Source: a virus
Lineage: Duplodnaviria > Caudoviricetes
Strand: one strand, 5' to 3'
DNA length: 55,986 bases
Virus record (IMG/VR): IMGVR_UViG_3300043411_001213
Coordinates: 1 to 55,986 of that record
In this document: positions 37,011-46,837 of the stretch, in pieces
Position numbering within the stretch: the first letter of the stretch is position 1
Layout of the letters: each line of letters opens with the position of its first letter
The notes under the pieces: generated by a model
The model's input: the letters and a program-made list of their open reading frames with translations, nothing else
Told to the model about the DNA's origin: nothing
The model's database searches: none
Position numbers and translations under genes: made by a program

Positions 37011-37537
37011 AGTTGCGACGTCCTCAAGGTGGTCAATTTCATGGCGTCAATGATCTTGTAACGATTGCGCACGAAGTAAGCGCCCCGCTGCACCACGCGA
37101 TCGGCGTTCGGGTTGACCGGGCGGAAGTCGATCTGCCCGTTCTCGATCTTCCAGGCGTAGGCTTCTTCGTGGCTGGACGAGTTCGACAGAAAGATCGGCG
37201 TGCCTAGCGGTGCCTTGCGGGCTCGGGCCGCGCCGGCAACCGCATGCATCTTGGCAAAGTCGATCGCCTCCTCGTCGCCCTTTTCATACGGCTCAACCTC
37301 GTCGCCACGCAACGAGGCATTTGCCTCTTTCTGATAGAAATTCAGCGGGTCATCACGGGCAACAAACGATGGTGTGTACGGTGTCAGCTGCCAATTGGCG
37401 ACAAACTGCCCGGAATACTGCGGGCTCTGATACAGGATCTCGTTCAGTGCCGTTTCGGCAAGGCCAACGGCTGCCTCCTGCGCCGCCCGCTTGGTCTGCG
37501 CAATGAAGCCGGCTATCTGGTCAGTGAACTTACTCAC
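37007..37537 (-). CDS. Neck protein (HK97 gp10-like)
   Basis: GTG start at 37537; SPQYSGQFVANW and IFLSN...YAWKIE segments. Confidence 0.65.
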   Translation of the reverse strand: MSKFTDQIAGFIAQTKRAAQEAAVGLAETALNEILYQSPQYSGQFVANWQLTPYTPSFVARDDPLNFYQKEANASLRGDEVEPYEKGDEEAIDFAKMHAVAGAARARKAPLGTPIFLSNSSSHEEAYAWKIENGQIDFRPVNPNADRVVQRGAYFVRNRYKIIDAMKLTTLRTSQL

Positions 37538-38367
37538 GCTCGCCTCATGTGCAGGCTGACAGTGGTACCCTCGTCCTGCACAGACAACACACGCCACACA
37601 CCATCAGACAATGTCAACAAATCAGACGGGGCTACGCTCGGCATCGCCGTTTTCAGCGCCATCACCTGAATGTCACCGCGCTGGTAGGTTTCGTCGGCTT
37701 TGGTCAGGTAGTGGAAGTGCTCTGACCACTTGACGCGAAGCACGCGTACGCTGGAATTTGAAGCGCTATACGTGTCGGTCACCGGATCATAGGTGCGGTC
37801 ACCGTAGGTCACCGTCTCGAACGCAGGCTCGTCAAGTTCGTTGGCCAGCGCAATGCGCAAACCGCTTGTGCTGATGTACGACTGCTTCACCAGGAACCAC
37901 TTGCCGTCCAACTGGATCAAGCTGTCGGCAGGTGCCGACTCGCTGCCGGCGAGGAACACTTGATACTGCGGCGGGTAGCGAGAATTGTCGTTGGCCTCGG
38001 GCATGTACTTGCTGAAGACCAAGGCGGCGTAAGCTGTGACCGGTGCGGTCTGGGCAATGGCGCTGGCGATCGAGTGAAGATTGGCAAGGCCCGTGGCCCC
38101 CTGAATGACGTAGGACACGCGGATGACCTCGCCCATCCAATAGTCAGGTGCTCCGTGACCCACGACGTATTGTTCACCGTCGATAGTGATCGCGCCGCGG
38201 GCAGGCATGACGATCTCTGGCGCCGCAGAAACCATCCGCTTCGTAACCGAAGTGCCGTCAATCTTACTGAAGCTCATCGGTTCGTACTGCACCATGAACG
38301 TGGTGGTGCCGTAAGCGTCCTGCGCCTGAACGTTGTCGAACTTGCGAGCCACGCGCTTCAGCTTCAT
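37534..38367 (-). CDS. Head closure/head-tail joining protein
   Basis: Position; YDPVTDT and beta-rich C-terminus. Confidence 0.55.
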   Translation of the reverse strand: MKLKRVARKFDNVQAQDAYGTTTFMVQYEPMSFSKIDGTSVTKRMVSAAPEIVMPARGAITIDGEQYVVGHGAPDYWMGEVIRVSYVIQGATGLANLHSIASAIAQTAPVTAYAALVFSKYMPEANDNSRYPPQYQVFLAGSESAPADSLIQLDGKWFLVKQSYISTSGLRIALANELDEPAFETVTYGDRTYDPVTDTYSASNSSVRVLRVKWSEHFHYLTKADETYQRGDIQVMALKTAMPSVAPSDLLTLSDGVWRVLSVQDEGTTVSLHMRRA

Positions 38368-38846
38368 ACGTTGGTGATCGGATCGGTTCCGAGGCCGACC
38401 TTGGTAAAATAAACTCGCGCAGTCACCGAGGCTGACGAAGATCCAAGTGCTGTGAATGCCTGCATCAACTTGGTCTTGGCCCGGTCATATTCTTTCTTGA
38501 CAGAAGAGATCACGTCTTTGTACGGGTTGTCGAAGCGTGTCGCCTGAGCCTTGCCGTCGGTTTCCTGCTTCAGTGCAAACAACGGCAGACTACCCGACAG
38601 CTGCTTGGCCAATGCAAATGTTGCGAACAACTTGGCGCTGTTCAGGAACCGGAGTTCGGCATCAGTCGGACTGGCGATTGCCGCCGTACTGGTGAATGTT
38701 GCTGGTAGAGTGAGACTGACTTCTTCGAGCTCCATGGTCAGATAGTTCTCGTACACGGTGAGCCCCAACGTACTGTCCTCGATGTCAGTGACGTCGACCC
38801 CAAGCACGGCCCGAACTTCGTCCGGTGTGGTGTATTCGGCGATCAT
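38364..38846 (-). CDS. Head-tail adaptor
   Basis: YTTPDEVRAVLGV; position after the capsid block. Confidence 0.6.
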   Translation of the reverse strand: MIAEYTTPDEVRAVLGVDVTDIEDSTLGLTVYENYLTMELEEVSLTLPATFTSTAAIASPTDAELRFLNSAKLFATFALAKQLSGSLPLFALKQETDGKAQATRFDNPYKDVISSVKKEYDRAKTKLMQAFTALGSSSASVTARVYFTKVGLGTDPITNV

Positions 38847-39025
38847 TCTTCAACGACCAGAACCAGACCGCGATCGATGTTGTCCTGCAGCCACGGGTGC
38901 ATTTCAACAATGCTCGGCGTCTTGGTGATGTTCTTGTTCATGACCAGATCCACGAACAGGTCGAATTTGGAAATGACTTTGACAAGCTCGGGCTTCTGGG
39001 CTTTGGGTGCTTTTTGTTCGGCCAT
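38843..39025 (-). CDS. Small virion-associated protein (60 aa)
   Basis: AGGAG RBS; ATGA overlap with the adaptor gene. Confidence 0.6.
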   Translation of the reverse strand: MAEQKAPKAQKPELVKVISKFDLFVDLVMNKNITKTPSIVEMHPWLQDNIDRGLVLVVEE

Positions 39026-39047
39026 GATTTTCTCCTACGGATGCCCG

Positions 39048-39077
39048 ATTCTATGGCGTCAGGTGTGTTGATGGAAG
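39048..39077 (-). promoter_or_regulatory. Putative late promoter (head completion block)
   Basis: CTTCCAT-N17-TAGAAT. Confidence 0.65.
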
Positions 39078-39084
39078 GTGACAC

Positions 39085-39112
39085 TTGACATTTGGAATTG
39101 CTCATGTAGTAT
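39085..39112 (+). promoter_or_regulatory. sigma70-like promoter of the inserted endonuclease
   Basis: TTGACA-N16-TAGTAT. Confidence 0.55.
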
Positions 39113-39145
39113 TCATCGTGTCACTTGAATGAAAGCATACTAAGA

Positions 39146-41014
39146 ATGAAAAAACTTTCACAGATGGAATTTATCGACAAAGCCTTGAGTCGTGCCAAGC
39201 GCCCTATCGATCTAAGCATGTTCGTCTACGTCAATTCATCAACAAAAGGAGTTGCGATCTGCCCGACTCACGGTGAGTTCCTCATCTCTCCAAACGCCCT
39301 AATGAATCGGATAGGCTGCCCTCACTGCGCTCTGATAGAGCGGTCATACAAGCGGAGAATGACTCATGAGGAATTTATCGTCAGGGCCACTGAACGGCAC
39401 GGCGAGGTGTACGATTATTCACTCGTGAAATACGAGGGGTCTCAGGGGCGTGTGAGGATAATTTGTCCAACTCACGGGGAGTTCTCTCAATCGGCCAACG
39501 CCCACATCGCTGGACAAGGTTGCCCAAAATGCGGCAACGAGCGCGTCGGATTGAGGGTCAGGCTGTCTCAGGACGACTTTGTTTCTCAAGCGCGAAAGAT
39601 ACATGGCGACAGATATGACCTGTCAGAGGCTATCTACCTTGGCCGCACAAAAAAGATAACTGTAATCTGTAAAAATCACGGTGCTTTTTACCCGACGGCA
39701 GGTAACTTCGGCTACCTCGGTAGCGGCTGTCCTGCGTGCGGTAGGGCACGCGTTGGTGCCAAGTCAAGGAAACCTCTATCGCACTATGTTGTTGCCGGAG
39801 CAAAGAGGCACCTCGGCAGATACGGTTACAGCGGGTTATTTTACGAAGACGCAACAGCGTACCTGAAGATCATCTGCCCTGAGCATGGTGAATTCACCCA
39901 GATAGCCAATGACCACCTAAAGGGGGTAGGCTGTGAGAAGTGTGCTCGACCGATCTTTAACACCTCAACATTCATCAACGCGGCAAAGAAGATACATAAC
40001 GGGAAATATGGGTACGACAAGGTACGATATTCCGGAGCCACGGATAAGGTCATCATTACATGCCCAAATCACGGAGATTTCACACAAACCCCAAATATGC
40101 ATGCCAACATGGCTCAGGGCTGCCCTCGCTGTGCCAAGGTCGGGCCAAGCACAGGGCAATTGGAGATATTCGATTTCCTCAACAAATACTCAAAGCCAGA
40201 ACTTGGTTTTAAAATCGGAAGAAAGGAATTGGACGTTTTCATCGCTGAGAAAAACATCGCTGTCGAGTATCACGGTCTAATTTGGCACTCATCAATGTTT
40301 CAGAAAGACTTGACAAGGGACTTCAAAAAACACCAAATTGCCGCCGCCATGGGAATTCGAGTGATCCATGTTTACCAGGATGAGTGGGAACAGAAACGTC
40401 CGATCGTTGAAAAGATATTGCTCAACGCAATCGGGTTTCGCGACGTATCTATTTTTGCCAGATGTACGTCTGTTCGACCGATCGACGAATCAGAAGCATC
40501 TAAGTTTTATGCAGAAAACCATATTCAAGGCGCTGTCGGTGCCCCGTGCGCCACACTGGGGCTATTCTCTGAACAAACGCTCGTCGCTGCAATGTCGTTT
40601 TCAAGGATTACGAGCATGCGTGGAAGGGCGAGATCCAACAGCGAATACGAATTGCGCCGTTATGCAACTTCAACCAATGTTGTCGGCGGTGCTTCAAAAC
40701 TCCTGAAGGCTTTCGTTCGAGCAACCCCAGAGTGCTCTAAGATCATATCGTATAGCGATAATAGAATGTTTGCAGGAGGCATGTACGCACAATTGGGGTT
40801 TGTGCTCGATCACGTTTCAAAGCCCAGTTACAGCTACGTAACTTCAAACTCGAGGCTCGGCAGAATGCCTAAGTCCAGATTCAGGAGGAATGCCCTAGCA
40901 TCAATGCCAGGGTTTACCTTCGACCCCTCAATGTCAGAGCGCGACAATTGTGCTGCCAATGGCTATTATCAAATTCACGACTGCGGAAAGACGCGTTGGG
41001 TGCTGACTCTCTGA
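39146..41014 (+). CDS. Hef-like homing endonuclease: five Zn repeats, PD-(D/E)xK domain and Mom/GNAT-like C-domain
   Basis: Five CxxHGxF...GCxxC repeats; ELDVFI...AVEYHGLIWH; ENHIQG, YELRRY, GGASKL, SYSD, YAQLGF and DCG. Antisense to the late operon and more AT-rich. Confidence 0.78.
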   Translation: MKKLSQMEFIDKALSRAKRPIDLSMFVYVNSSTKGVAICPTHGEFLISPNALMNRIGCPHCALIERSYKRRMTHEEFIVRATERHGEVYDYSLVKYEGSQGRVRIICPTHGEFSQSANAHIAGQGCPKCGNERVGLRVRLSQDDFVSQARKIHGDRYDLSEAIYLGRTKKITVICKNHGAFYPTAGNFGYLGSGCPACGRARVGAKSRKPLSHYVVAGAKRHLGRYGYSGLFYEDATAYLKIICPEHGEFTQIANDHLKGVGCEKCARPIFNTSTFINAAKKIHNGKYGYDKVRYSGATDKVIITCPNHGDFTQTPNMHANMAQGCPRCAKVGPSTGQLEIFDFLNKYSKPELGFKIGRKELDVFIAEKNIAVEYHGLIWHSSMFQKDLTRDFKKHQIAAAMGIRVIHVYQDEWEQKRPIVEKILLNAIGFRDVSIFARCTSVRPIDESEASKFYAENHIQGAVGAPCATLGLFSEQTLVAAMSFSRITSMRGRARSNSEYELRRYATSTNVVGGASKLLKAFVRATPECSKIISYSDNRMFAGGMYAQLGFVLDHVSKPSYSYVTSNSRLGRMPKSRFRRNALASMPGFTFDPSMSERDNCAANGYYQIHDCGKTRWVLTL

Positions 41015-41017
41015 AAT

Positions 41018-41050
41018 AAAAACCCCGGGCATGCCCGGGGGTTTGTTTTG
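41018..41050. terminator. Bidirectional intrinsic terminator
   Basis: AAAAA-CCCCGGGC-AT-GCCCGGGG-GTTTGTTTT between convergent genes. Confidence 0.75.
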
Positions 41051-41061
41051 GCTTTACCTCT

Positions 41062-42237
41062 TTACGCGTACGTCAGGCACTCGAACGCATCATTGAAAAG
41101 TCTGCGACAGATGGTGCCGAAGTCGAAACGCATGGCTGAGCCACGACGGAGCACGAAGTCTTCCTGAGCCTGGTAAGAGGCGTTGGTCGAATTCACACGC
41201 TGAATGGCGTAACGGGTGTCGAGACCGAGGACGGTCTTGGCAGGCCAGCCCACAGACGGGTCGACGATGAACACAGGCAAGTCGGCCATCCAGGTCGGGT
41301 TCGACACACGAACATTGGCGTCGATGCGCGGGCTGTTCGGGTTGTCACCAGTGATGACCGGCTTGCCCGTACGACCTTCAATTGCCATGGCACCAGCGAT
41401 GTCGGTGACAAGGTAATTGATCTTGCGCTTCTTGCTGTTTTGGTACAGCCACAGCATCCAGGCCTTCTGGGTGATGCCGGAGGTGGCAGCGGAGTCCAGA
41501 GACAGAGCCGTGGTGACCTTGCCCAAGGTGGACAGAGAGGCTTGACCCATGTCGGCGTCACCGTTCAGCAGGGTGAGCAGGTTCTGGTTGGCACGATCAT
41601 TGCGCTCGACGGCGACCTGACGGGCGATAGCCAGAGACAGCAAGTCGAGATTGACGTACTTGGTGGCTTGTTCGGACCATTCGATACCCAGAGAGTAGGT
41701 CGGGATACGAACCGACTTTTCGCTCGTGGTAACGGACATCATGGTTGCCGGCTTTGCCAGTTGCGAGGTGACTTGTGAACGGGCAGCTTCCGGGCCAGCG
41801 AAGTTGATTTCCGGCCACAGGAGCCATTCGTCAGCGATGGTGTCGTCCTGAGCAATGATGCGGTCAAATTCGTCCGCGTTCATGTTCAGGTCGGCAACCA
41901 GCTTGTCTTCGACCAGGGCGCCGATAGCAGGCATCAGCAGAACGCGGCCTTGGTTGCTCGGGTTGCGGACGATGGCGCCAGCTTCCAGCAACGGACGACC
42001 ATTCAACACAGCGTCAAGGCTGGAAGCCTTCATGCCGTACTGCTTGTTCGGTTGCAGAACGATGCCTTCGGAGGCGCACATCTGGGAGAAGGCGTCGCCG
42101 AACCTGTCGGCATCGGTCGTGTAGGTGGAATTGACATAGTCGCGGAACGACATGCCGTTTTCCTTAGCGGCCCGGACCATGTCCAGGTTGGCTTCGATTT
42201 GTTGAGTTGCGCCAGAGGCGTCGATAAATGCTGCCAT
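41062..42237 (-). CDS. Major capsid protein
   Basis: 391 aa, AAGGAG RBS, optimised codons, follows protease and decoration genes and precedes a terminator. Confidence 0.8.
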   Translation of the reverse strand: MAAFIDASGATQQIEANLDMVRAAKENGMSFRDYVNSTYTTDADRFGDAFSQMCASEGIVLQPNKQYGMKASSLDAVLNGRPLLEAGAIVRNPSNQGRVLLMPAIGALVEDKLVADLNMNADEFDRIIAQDDTIADEWLLWPEINFAGPEAARSQVTSQLAKPATMMSVTTSEKSVRIPTYSLGIEWSEQATKYVNLDLLSLAIARQVAVERNDRANQNLLTLLNGDADMGQASLSTLGKVTTALSLDSAATSGITQKAWMLWLYQNSKKRKINYLVTDIAGAMAIEGRTGKPVITGDNPNSPRIDANVRVSNPTWMADLPVFIVDPSVGWPAKTVLGLDTRYAIQRVNSTNASYQAQEDFVLRRGSAMRFDFGTICRRLFNDAFECLTYA

Positions 42238-42248
42238 GTTGTTTCTCC

Positions 42249-42716
42249 TTAGCTAACGCGTTCGATCACGGCGTACTGACCAACAGCACCGCTGCCCTCA
42301 AGGGACACGATACGCCAGGCGAAATACATGCCGGTTTGGGTGGTGGCTTTACAAACCTTGGGCGGAACAGTCAGAGCAGTGCCCTTGGCAACAACAGTAC
42401 CGGTGACAACGTAATCGCCGACAGCACAGGTGCCGGTACCTGGGGTGGCTTGAAGGCCGTCCAGGGTGACACGTTTGCGGCCCTGAGAGTTGACCGAGCC
42501 GATCGAGAAGTCATCAGCCGTGTAACCTTCAACAGCGGTAATGAAACCTTCGATCTGATCACCAACGGCGGTCAGGTTGTACAGCGAGTCTCCGATCAAC
42601 TTGACCGGCTTGCCGATTTCAACATCGGTCAGGTAGTTGGCAGAGCCAGAGGCCGAGCCAAGGCGAGCGGTGACCGGTTCGGTACCGATCAGTTCCTTCA
42701 TTTGAAACTTAGCCAT
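42249..42716 (-). CDS. Capsid decoration/cement protein
   Basis: 155 aa, beta-rich, between protease and capsid genes. Confidence 0.65.
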   Translation of the reverse strand: MAKFQMKELIGTEPVTARLGSASGSANYLTDVEIGKPVKLIGDSLYNLTAVGDQIEGFITAVEGYTADDFSIGSVNSQGRKRVTLDGLQATPGTGTCAVGDYVVTGTVVAKGTALTVPPKVCKATTQTGMYFAWRIVSLEGSGAVGQYAVIERVS

Positions 42717-42728
42717 GGTTTGGCCTCC

Positions 42729-44207
42729 TTACTTTGAAAAACGAACCGCATTCACGCGGGCTTTGTGACGCGGGTCGATCTGCGTCTGTTGGTTAGAGGC
42801 CTCGCCCTGAACTGCAGCAACACCACCGACCGGATACTTCTTCTTGAACTGTTCGCTGAGGCGTTCATGTTCAGCGACCAGTGCTTGCGCACTCATGCCT
42901 TCGGCAGCAACCGCCGAGCCGCCGAGAGCGATCATCATGTTGCCCACCGACTTGGCTGCAATAACCAGTAGCGGATCGTGGGTGGCCTTGGCTTCAGCCA
43001 GGGCTTCCTCCAACTTGGAAACCTTGATGCCGGCCTCCAGAATGGCCGCATCCTTGGCAACGATCTGCGAATTCAGCAACTGCACAGTGGCCTGCAAATT
43101 GTCAACTTTTGCGACCTCGGCCGTCAGTTCACCATTCGCGGCGTCGGCTTGCGCCTCGACTTCCGCACCGGCTTCAGCCCCAGCATCGACAACAGCCGCC
43201 GCATCATTTTGTTCCTGAGCTTCTTCGCTTTTGTTATCGACCTCAGCAGACAAGGCTGCCCCGGCCGCCAACGCTGCGATGTCCTGCTCGGTCAGAGCTT
43301 TCTTACCCATGAGAGTGTCCTCGTTCAGAGTGGTTGTGCTGTTTCCGGCGATGCCGGTACCAGATTTGCCGCGATTTTGCAACATTCCATTGGCTGATGG
43401 AAGGCCGTTCCGAATGCCGGAGATCAACCTGTCGAATGAGGTGATGCCGTCGGTCAAGCCAACATCCACCGCAGCCTGCCCGATGAACTCGCGACCTTGG
43501 GCCATGTTCTCTTTGACGTATGCAACAGACTTGCCGCGCATTTCGGCAACAGCCTCATCAAACACATTCGCCGCGGCGTCGACAACCTGTTGAATTTGCT
43601 GCTTGCCGTCAGCACTCAACTTCTCAACACCGTTGGCAAGGGCCTTCCACTTTCCGCTGCGCACCACAGTGGCGCCAATCCCATTCATCTTAAGTTGCTC
43701 GGAACGCTCCATGTGCGTGCTGAGCACTCCGATCGAGCCAACCACAGCAGTCTTGCCCGTGTAAACTTCGCCAGCAGCTGAGCCGAGCCAATAGGCCGCG
43801 CTGCACATCGTGCCATCACAGTAGGCGGTAACTGGCTTGACCCCGTTGATCGTGCGGATGAGCTTGGCCGTGTCCTCGACCCCACTCACAGCACCGCCAC
43901 CGGAATCGATATCAAGCACAATGTGCTCAACAGACGCGTCCTGGAAGGCGCCGATAAGCGCGTCGCGAATCTCCGGATAGCCCGTCATGCCCCAAAATTC
44001 GTTCCAGAAACCGGAATCGTTATTGAGCGACCCCTTGATTGCGATCGTAGCAATGCCGTCCGCAACTTCAAGCAAGCGCGGCTCTTCTTCGTCGTTGTCT
44101 TCTGGATAGGTGCCGGCCGCCAGCCGCGCCGTCTTGCCGTCATCGGCATCGATCGCTGCTTGCAGGCTCTGCTCCGTCCCTGCCCAAATGAGTTCTTGAA
44201 TCGCCAT
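42729..44207 (-). CDS. S49 (SppA-type) prohead protease with C-terminal scaffold
   Basis: LDIDSGGG, CSAAYWLGS, GSIGV and GLTDGI motifs; acidic coiled-coil C-terminus. Confidence 0.9.
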   Translation of the reverse strand: MAIQELIWAGTEQSLQAAIDADDGKTARLAAGTYPEDNDEEEPRLLEVADGIATIAIKGSLNNDSGFWNEFWGMTGYPEIRDALIGAFQDASVEHIVLDIDSGGGAVSGVEDTAKLIRTINGVKPVTAYCDGTMCSAAYWLGSAAGEVYTGKTAVVGSIGVLSTHMERSEQLKMNGIGATVVRSGKWKALANGVEKLSADGKQQIQQVVDAAANVFDEAVAEMRGKSVAYVKENMAQGREFIGQAAVDVGLTDGITSFDRLISGIRNGLPSANGMLQNRGKSGTGIAGNSTTTLNEDTLMGKKALTEQDIAALAAGAALSAEVDNKSEEAQEQNDAAAVVDAGAEAGAEVEAQADAANGELTAEVAKVDNLQATVQLLNSQIVAKDAAILEAGIKVSKLEEALAEAKATHDPLLVIAAKSVGNMMIALGGSAVAAEGMSAQALVAEHERLSEQFKKKYPVGGVAAVQGEASNQQTQIDPRHKARVNAVRFSK

Positions 44208-44231
44208 GAGGCTACTCCATTAGTTTGACTG

Positions 44232-44261
44232 AATCTACCATAAGATTTATTTATACGGTAG
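44232..44261 (-). promoter_or_regulatory. Putative late promoter (protease-capsid), variant
   Basis: CTACCGT-N17-TAGATT with an extended -10 TG. Confidence 0.55.
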
Positions 44262-44266
44262 GAGAA

Positions 44267-44545
44267 TCAAATCGGCTGTGCTACCGTGACGATCACCTTA
44301 TTACCGTAGCCCTTCCACCCCGGCATCTCGACGTATGCCTGAAGGGTCATCGTTCCGGCATGGCTGATGTCACCAACCAGGGTTGTGTAAGTGATCGCGT
44401 CTACACCAAACGGGTCCGCAACCCACTCAACACGCTGCCCGTTAGGCTTGCGCACAATTATTTTTCGAACTGTGGAGGTGGAGATATCGACCCCGCAATT
44501 CAGGACGATTTCGGTCCCAACGTCCCCTACAAATATGGTGGTCAT
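44267..44545 (-). CDS. Small virion protein (BppU N-domain-like)
   Basis: VGDVGT, RKPNG, YTTLVGD...G...QAYV. Confidence 0.6.
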   Translation of the reverse strand: MTTIFVGDVGTEIVLNCGVDISTSTVRKIIVRKPNGQRVEWVADPFGVDAITYTTLVGDISHAGTMTLQAYVEMPGWKGYGNKVIVTVAQPI

Positions 44546-44712
44546 GCTGTTTCTCCAGATTCAATTGTTGATTGAAGGTCAATCACTCGACAAATAGCGC
44601 TAGTGTCAATCAAGCTTGAAGTTAAACTCGACACTTCACGCGCTTCGGTCACGATATGACAAAACTCAACAACGCTCGTCGCTAACACCGAGTTGATTTC
44701 GAATCGATCCAT
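44542..44712 (-). CDS. Small hypothetical protein (56 aa)
   Basis: MDRFEINSVL...; GAGG RBS; overlaps both neighbours. Confidence 0.5.
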   Translation of the reverse strand: MDRFEINSVLATSVVEFCHIVTEAREVSSLTSSLIDTSAICRVIDLQSTIESGETA

Positions 44713-44855
44713 CATTCCACCTCAGAATTTGCAGAAAATCCAGTGACAAGGCTGGACACGAGACGCACGACAAACTTCGTGGTCGTGTTCAGCATTTGCA
44801 ACAGCCAGGACTGGTCACTGAATGCCTCAGTGTCAAATGCGTTCTCGTCAAACAC
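44712..44855 (-). CDS. Small hypothetical protein (47 aa)
   Basis: GTG start, FDENAFDTEAFSDQSW; fills the gap exactly. Confidence 0.5.
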   Translation of the reverse strand: MFDENAFDTEAFSDQSWLLQMLNTTTKFVVRLVSSLVTGFSANSEVE

Positions 44856-45495
44856 TGCCGCGCCATTTGTTTGTGGGAGATCCGGTTCCAATGATAGCGG
44901 AACCGTTCATTTCCCGAGCATCGACTGGGATCAGGGGTGCTGCGGCTCGGAACGCAGCAACAGTAGCCGCAGCAATCGCGTCAATGTCGGCTTGGGTCAG
45001 GGTAAGACCGGATGCGTTGGCGTTTCCGTTGACACCACCGCCTGACCCGGTTCCTGCCCCGGTGCCTGTGCCACCTGCTGCGGTACCCGATGTGCCCGTG
45101 CCACCTGTCGCCGCTCCACCGCTGCCGGTGCCCGTCGAGGTGCCAGTGCCGCCAGATGCCAAGCCATTGACCACGCCAACCTGCACCGTTGCCGTGTCGC
45201 TGCCGCCGAGCACGTTGTCGACGTAGTACTGATAGCCGATGGTGTAGCTGCCATCCGGTGCGCCAGCCAGTTCAAGCGAGCCATTTTCGTAGGCGAAGAA
45301 CGTCCCGGCAGAAGGCGCTGCGGTAATGTGCAGCCGTAACTGCTTGCCGCTATTCGCCAGCGCCTCGTTATAGAGCAGCCCTTCCCCGTTATCCCCGGTT
45401 GCTGTCTCGCTGATGATCTGCGATGCAATGATGCCGACATTCGGCACCCCGAGGATGCGGCGACCACCTGACGACTTGTTCAGGTTGCGTAGCAT
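44848..45495 (-). CDS. Gly/Thr-rich putative virion protein
   Basis: Ig-like beta segment plus GGTGTSTGTGSGG repeats. Confidence 0.6.
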   Translation of the reverse strand: MLRNLNKSSGGRRILGVPNVGIIASQIISETATGDNGEGLLYNEALANSGKQLRLHITAAPSAGTFFAYENGSLELAGAPDGSYTIGYQYYVDNVLGGSDTATVQVGVVNGLASGGTGTSTGTGSGGAATGGTGTSGTAAGGTGTGAGTGSGGGVNGNANASGLTLTQADIDAIAAATVAAFRAAAPLIPVDAREMNGSAIIGTGSPTNKWRGSV

Positions 45496-45963
45496 TTAGG
45501 TCACCGTGCCAGGTTGGTAGTAGACTCCGGTTGAATCAGCAGTGCGAGCCAAGAGGAAACCTGCGCCTGTCGGCAAGCCGGAAAGTGTTAGCACTCCCCC
45601 CGAGCTGGTCGCGGTTGATCCATGCGTGGTGCTGGTTGGAGCAGCCCCGATAGCCCCTTGATACCATGTCCAGTTGACGGTGACAGAAGCCAGCAAACCC
45701 GCCCCGGTATTGTTTTCCATGGCGTCGGTTGTGAATGTTCCTGCGCCAGTTCCTGTTGCCGTTCCTCCCGATCCGCTGCCGGTTGACGTTCCAGTTCCAC
45801 CTGCTGCGCTGCCCGATGTTCCTGATCCGCCCGTTGCGGTTCCGCCCGACCCTGATCCGGTGCTTGTGCCTGCTCCACCGGATGCAAAGGCGTCAGAGCC
45901 GCCGCCAACACCAGCAGGCTCATCGCCATAACCAACCAGCGCATAAGAGCCTAGCCCGTACAT
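45496..45963 (-). CDS. Gly/Ser/Thr-rich putative virion protein
   Basis: GGxGTSTGSGSGGTATG repeats. Confidence 0.6.
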   Translation of the reverse strand: MYGLGSYALVGYGDEPAGVGGGSDAFASGGAGTSTGSGSGGTATGGSGTSGSAAGGTGTSTGSGSGGTATGTGAGTFTTDAMENNTGAGLLASVTVNWTWYQGAIGAAPTSTTHGSTATSSGGVLTLSGLPTGAGFLLARTADSTGVYYQPGTVT

Positions 45964-45965
45964 GA

Positions 45966-46835
45966 TTAGCTCTTGTTAAGAACGAGGTTAGGCTGTCCGC
46001 TGACATCGTTAAACGTGCCGCCTGACTCGTCAACGAACGCACCATACGCAACTAACCGAGACAGCGCAGCGACCGGAGTGCCAGAGCTAGTAATGCCTAG
46101 CCAGCTAGAACAGGCGTTGTACTGCGTCCCGCTGACGCCGATTGATCCGGCATCTACCTGAAAACCAATCATGTACTCGCCAGATGGCACGAACACAGGA
46201 GCGCCGAGCGCCGTTGAGTGTTTAACGCCAGTCCCTGAGATCGCGGTCTGCCCGAAATCAATCGCCATGCGACCCGGCCCGCCGTTCGTGTCGATTTCGT
46301 ACAGCGCCGCACGAAAATTGGCCGCAGAATTTGCCGAGCAGTGAAAAGACAGCCTGTCGATTGAACCCGGCGTATCCCATACCAGCGGGAAAAAGTACCG
46401 ATAAGCTGTGACAATAGTTGATGCCACGATGCCGCCGCCTTGCCCCGGAAGGCAGGCCCGACCACGGATTCCACCTGACGGCAGGCGCGTCAGTTCGTAG
46501 GGCATTGCCGCTTTGACGCCACCGGCCGAAGGGGCACAATAAACATCTACGGTTTCGCCCGTAAAATCCAGCGCGGTCGGCGTGGTTGAGTCATAGACCG
46601 AACCGCTCCATGTCATTTGCGGGATCGTGCGGATCAGCGTGTAGGTGCCTGTCGTGTTGTGCAGTTTTCCGAAACCGCTTTCGCGCTTGATCGCTCCTTT
46701 GATCGAGTAGCGCACCCACTTGTCGATAGACGATGCCGAAAAGGCATCTTGAAGCCCCGGTTCGTTTGTAACTGCCGTCAGCGTAAGATCACCGGAACCG
46801 CCAGAGGCTTGATTGTGTAGAAAGTCGAATTGCAT
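45966..46835 (-). CDS. Putative fibre/virion structural protein
   Basis: N-terminal VRYSI...ESGFG...TLIR..DF anchor-like region; beta-rich C-domain. Confidence 0.55.
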   Translation of the reverse strand: MQFDFLHNQASGGSGDLTLTAVTNEPGLQDAFSASSIDKWVRYSIKGAIKRESGFGKLHNTTGTYTLIRTIPQMTWSGSVYDSTTPTALDFTGETVDVYCAPSAGGVKAAMPYELTRLPSGGIRGRACLPGQGGGIVASTIVTAYRYFFPLVWDTPGSIDRLSFHCSANSAANFRAALYEIDTNGGPGRMAIDFGQTAISGTGVKHSTALGAPVFVPSGEYMIGFQVDAGSIGVSGTQYNACSSWLGITSSGTPVAALSRLVAYGAFVDESGGTFNDVSGQPNLVLNKS

Positions 46836-46837
46836 TT

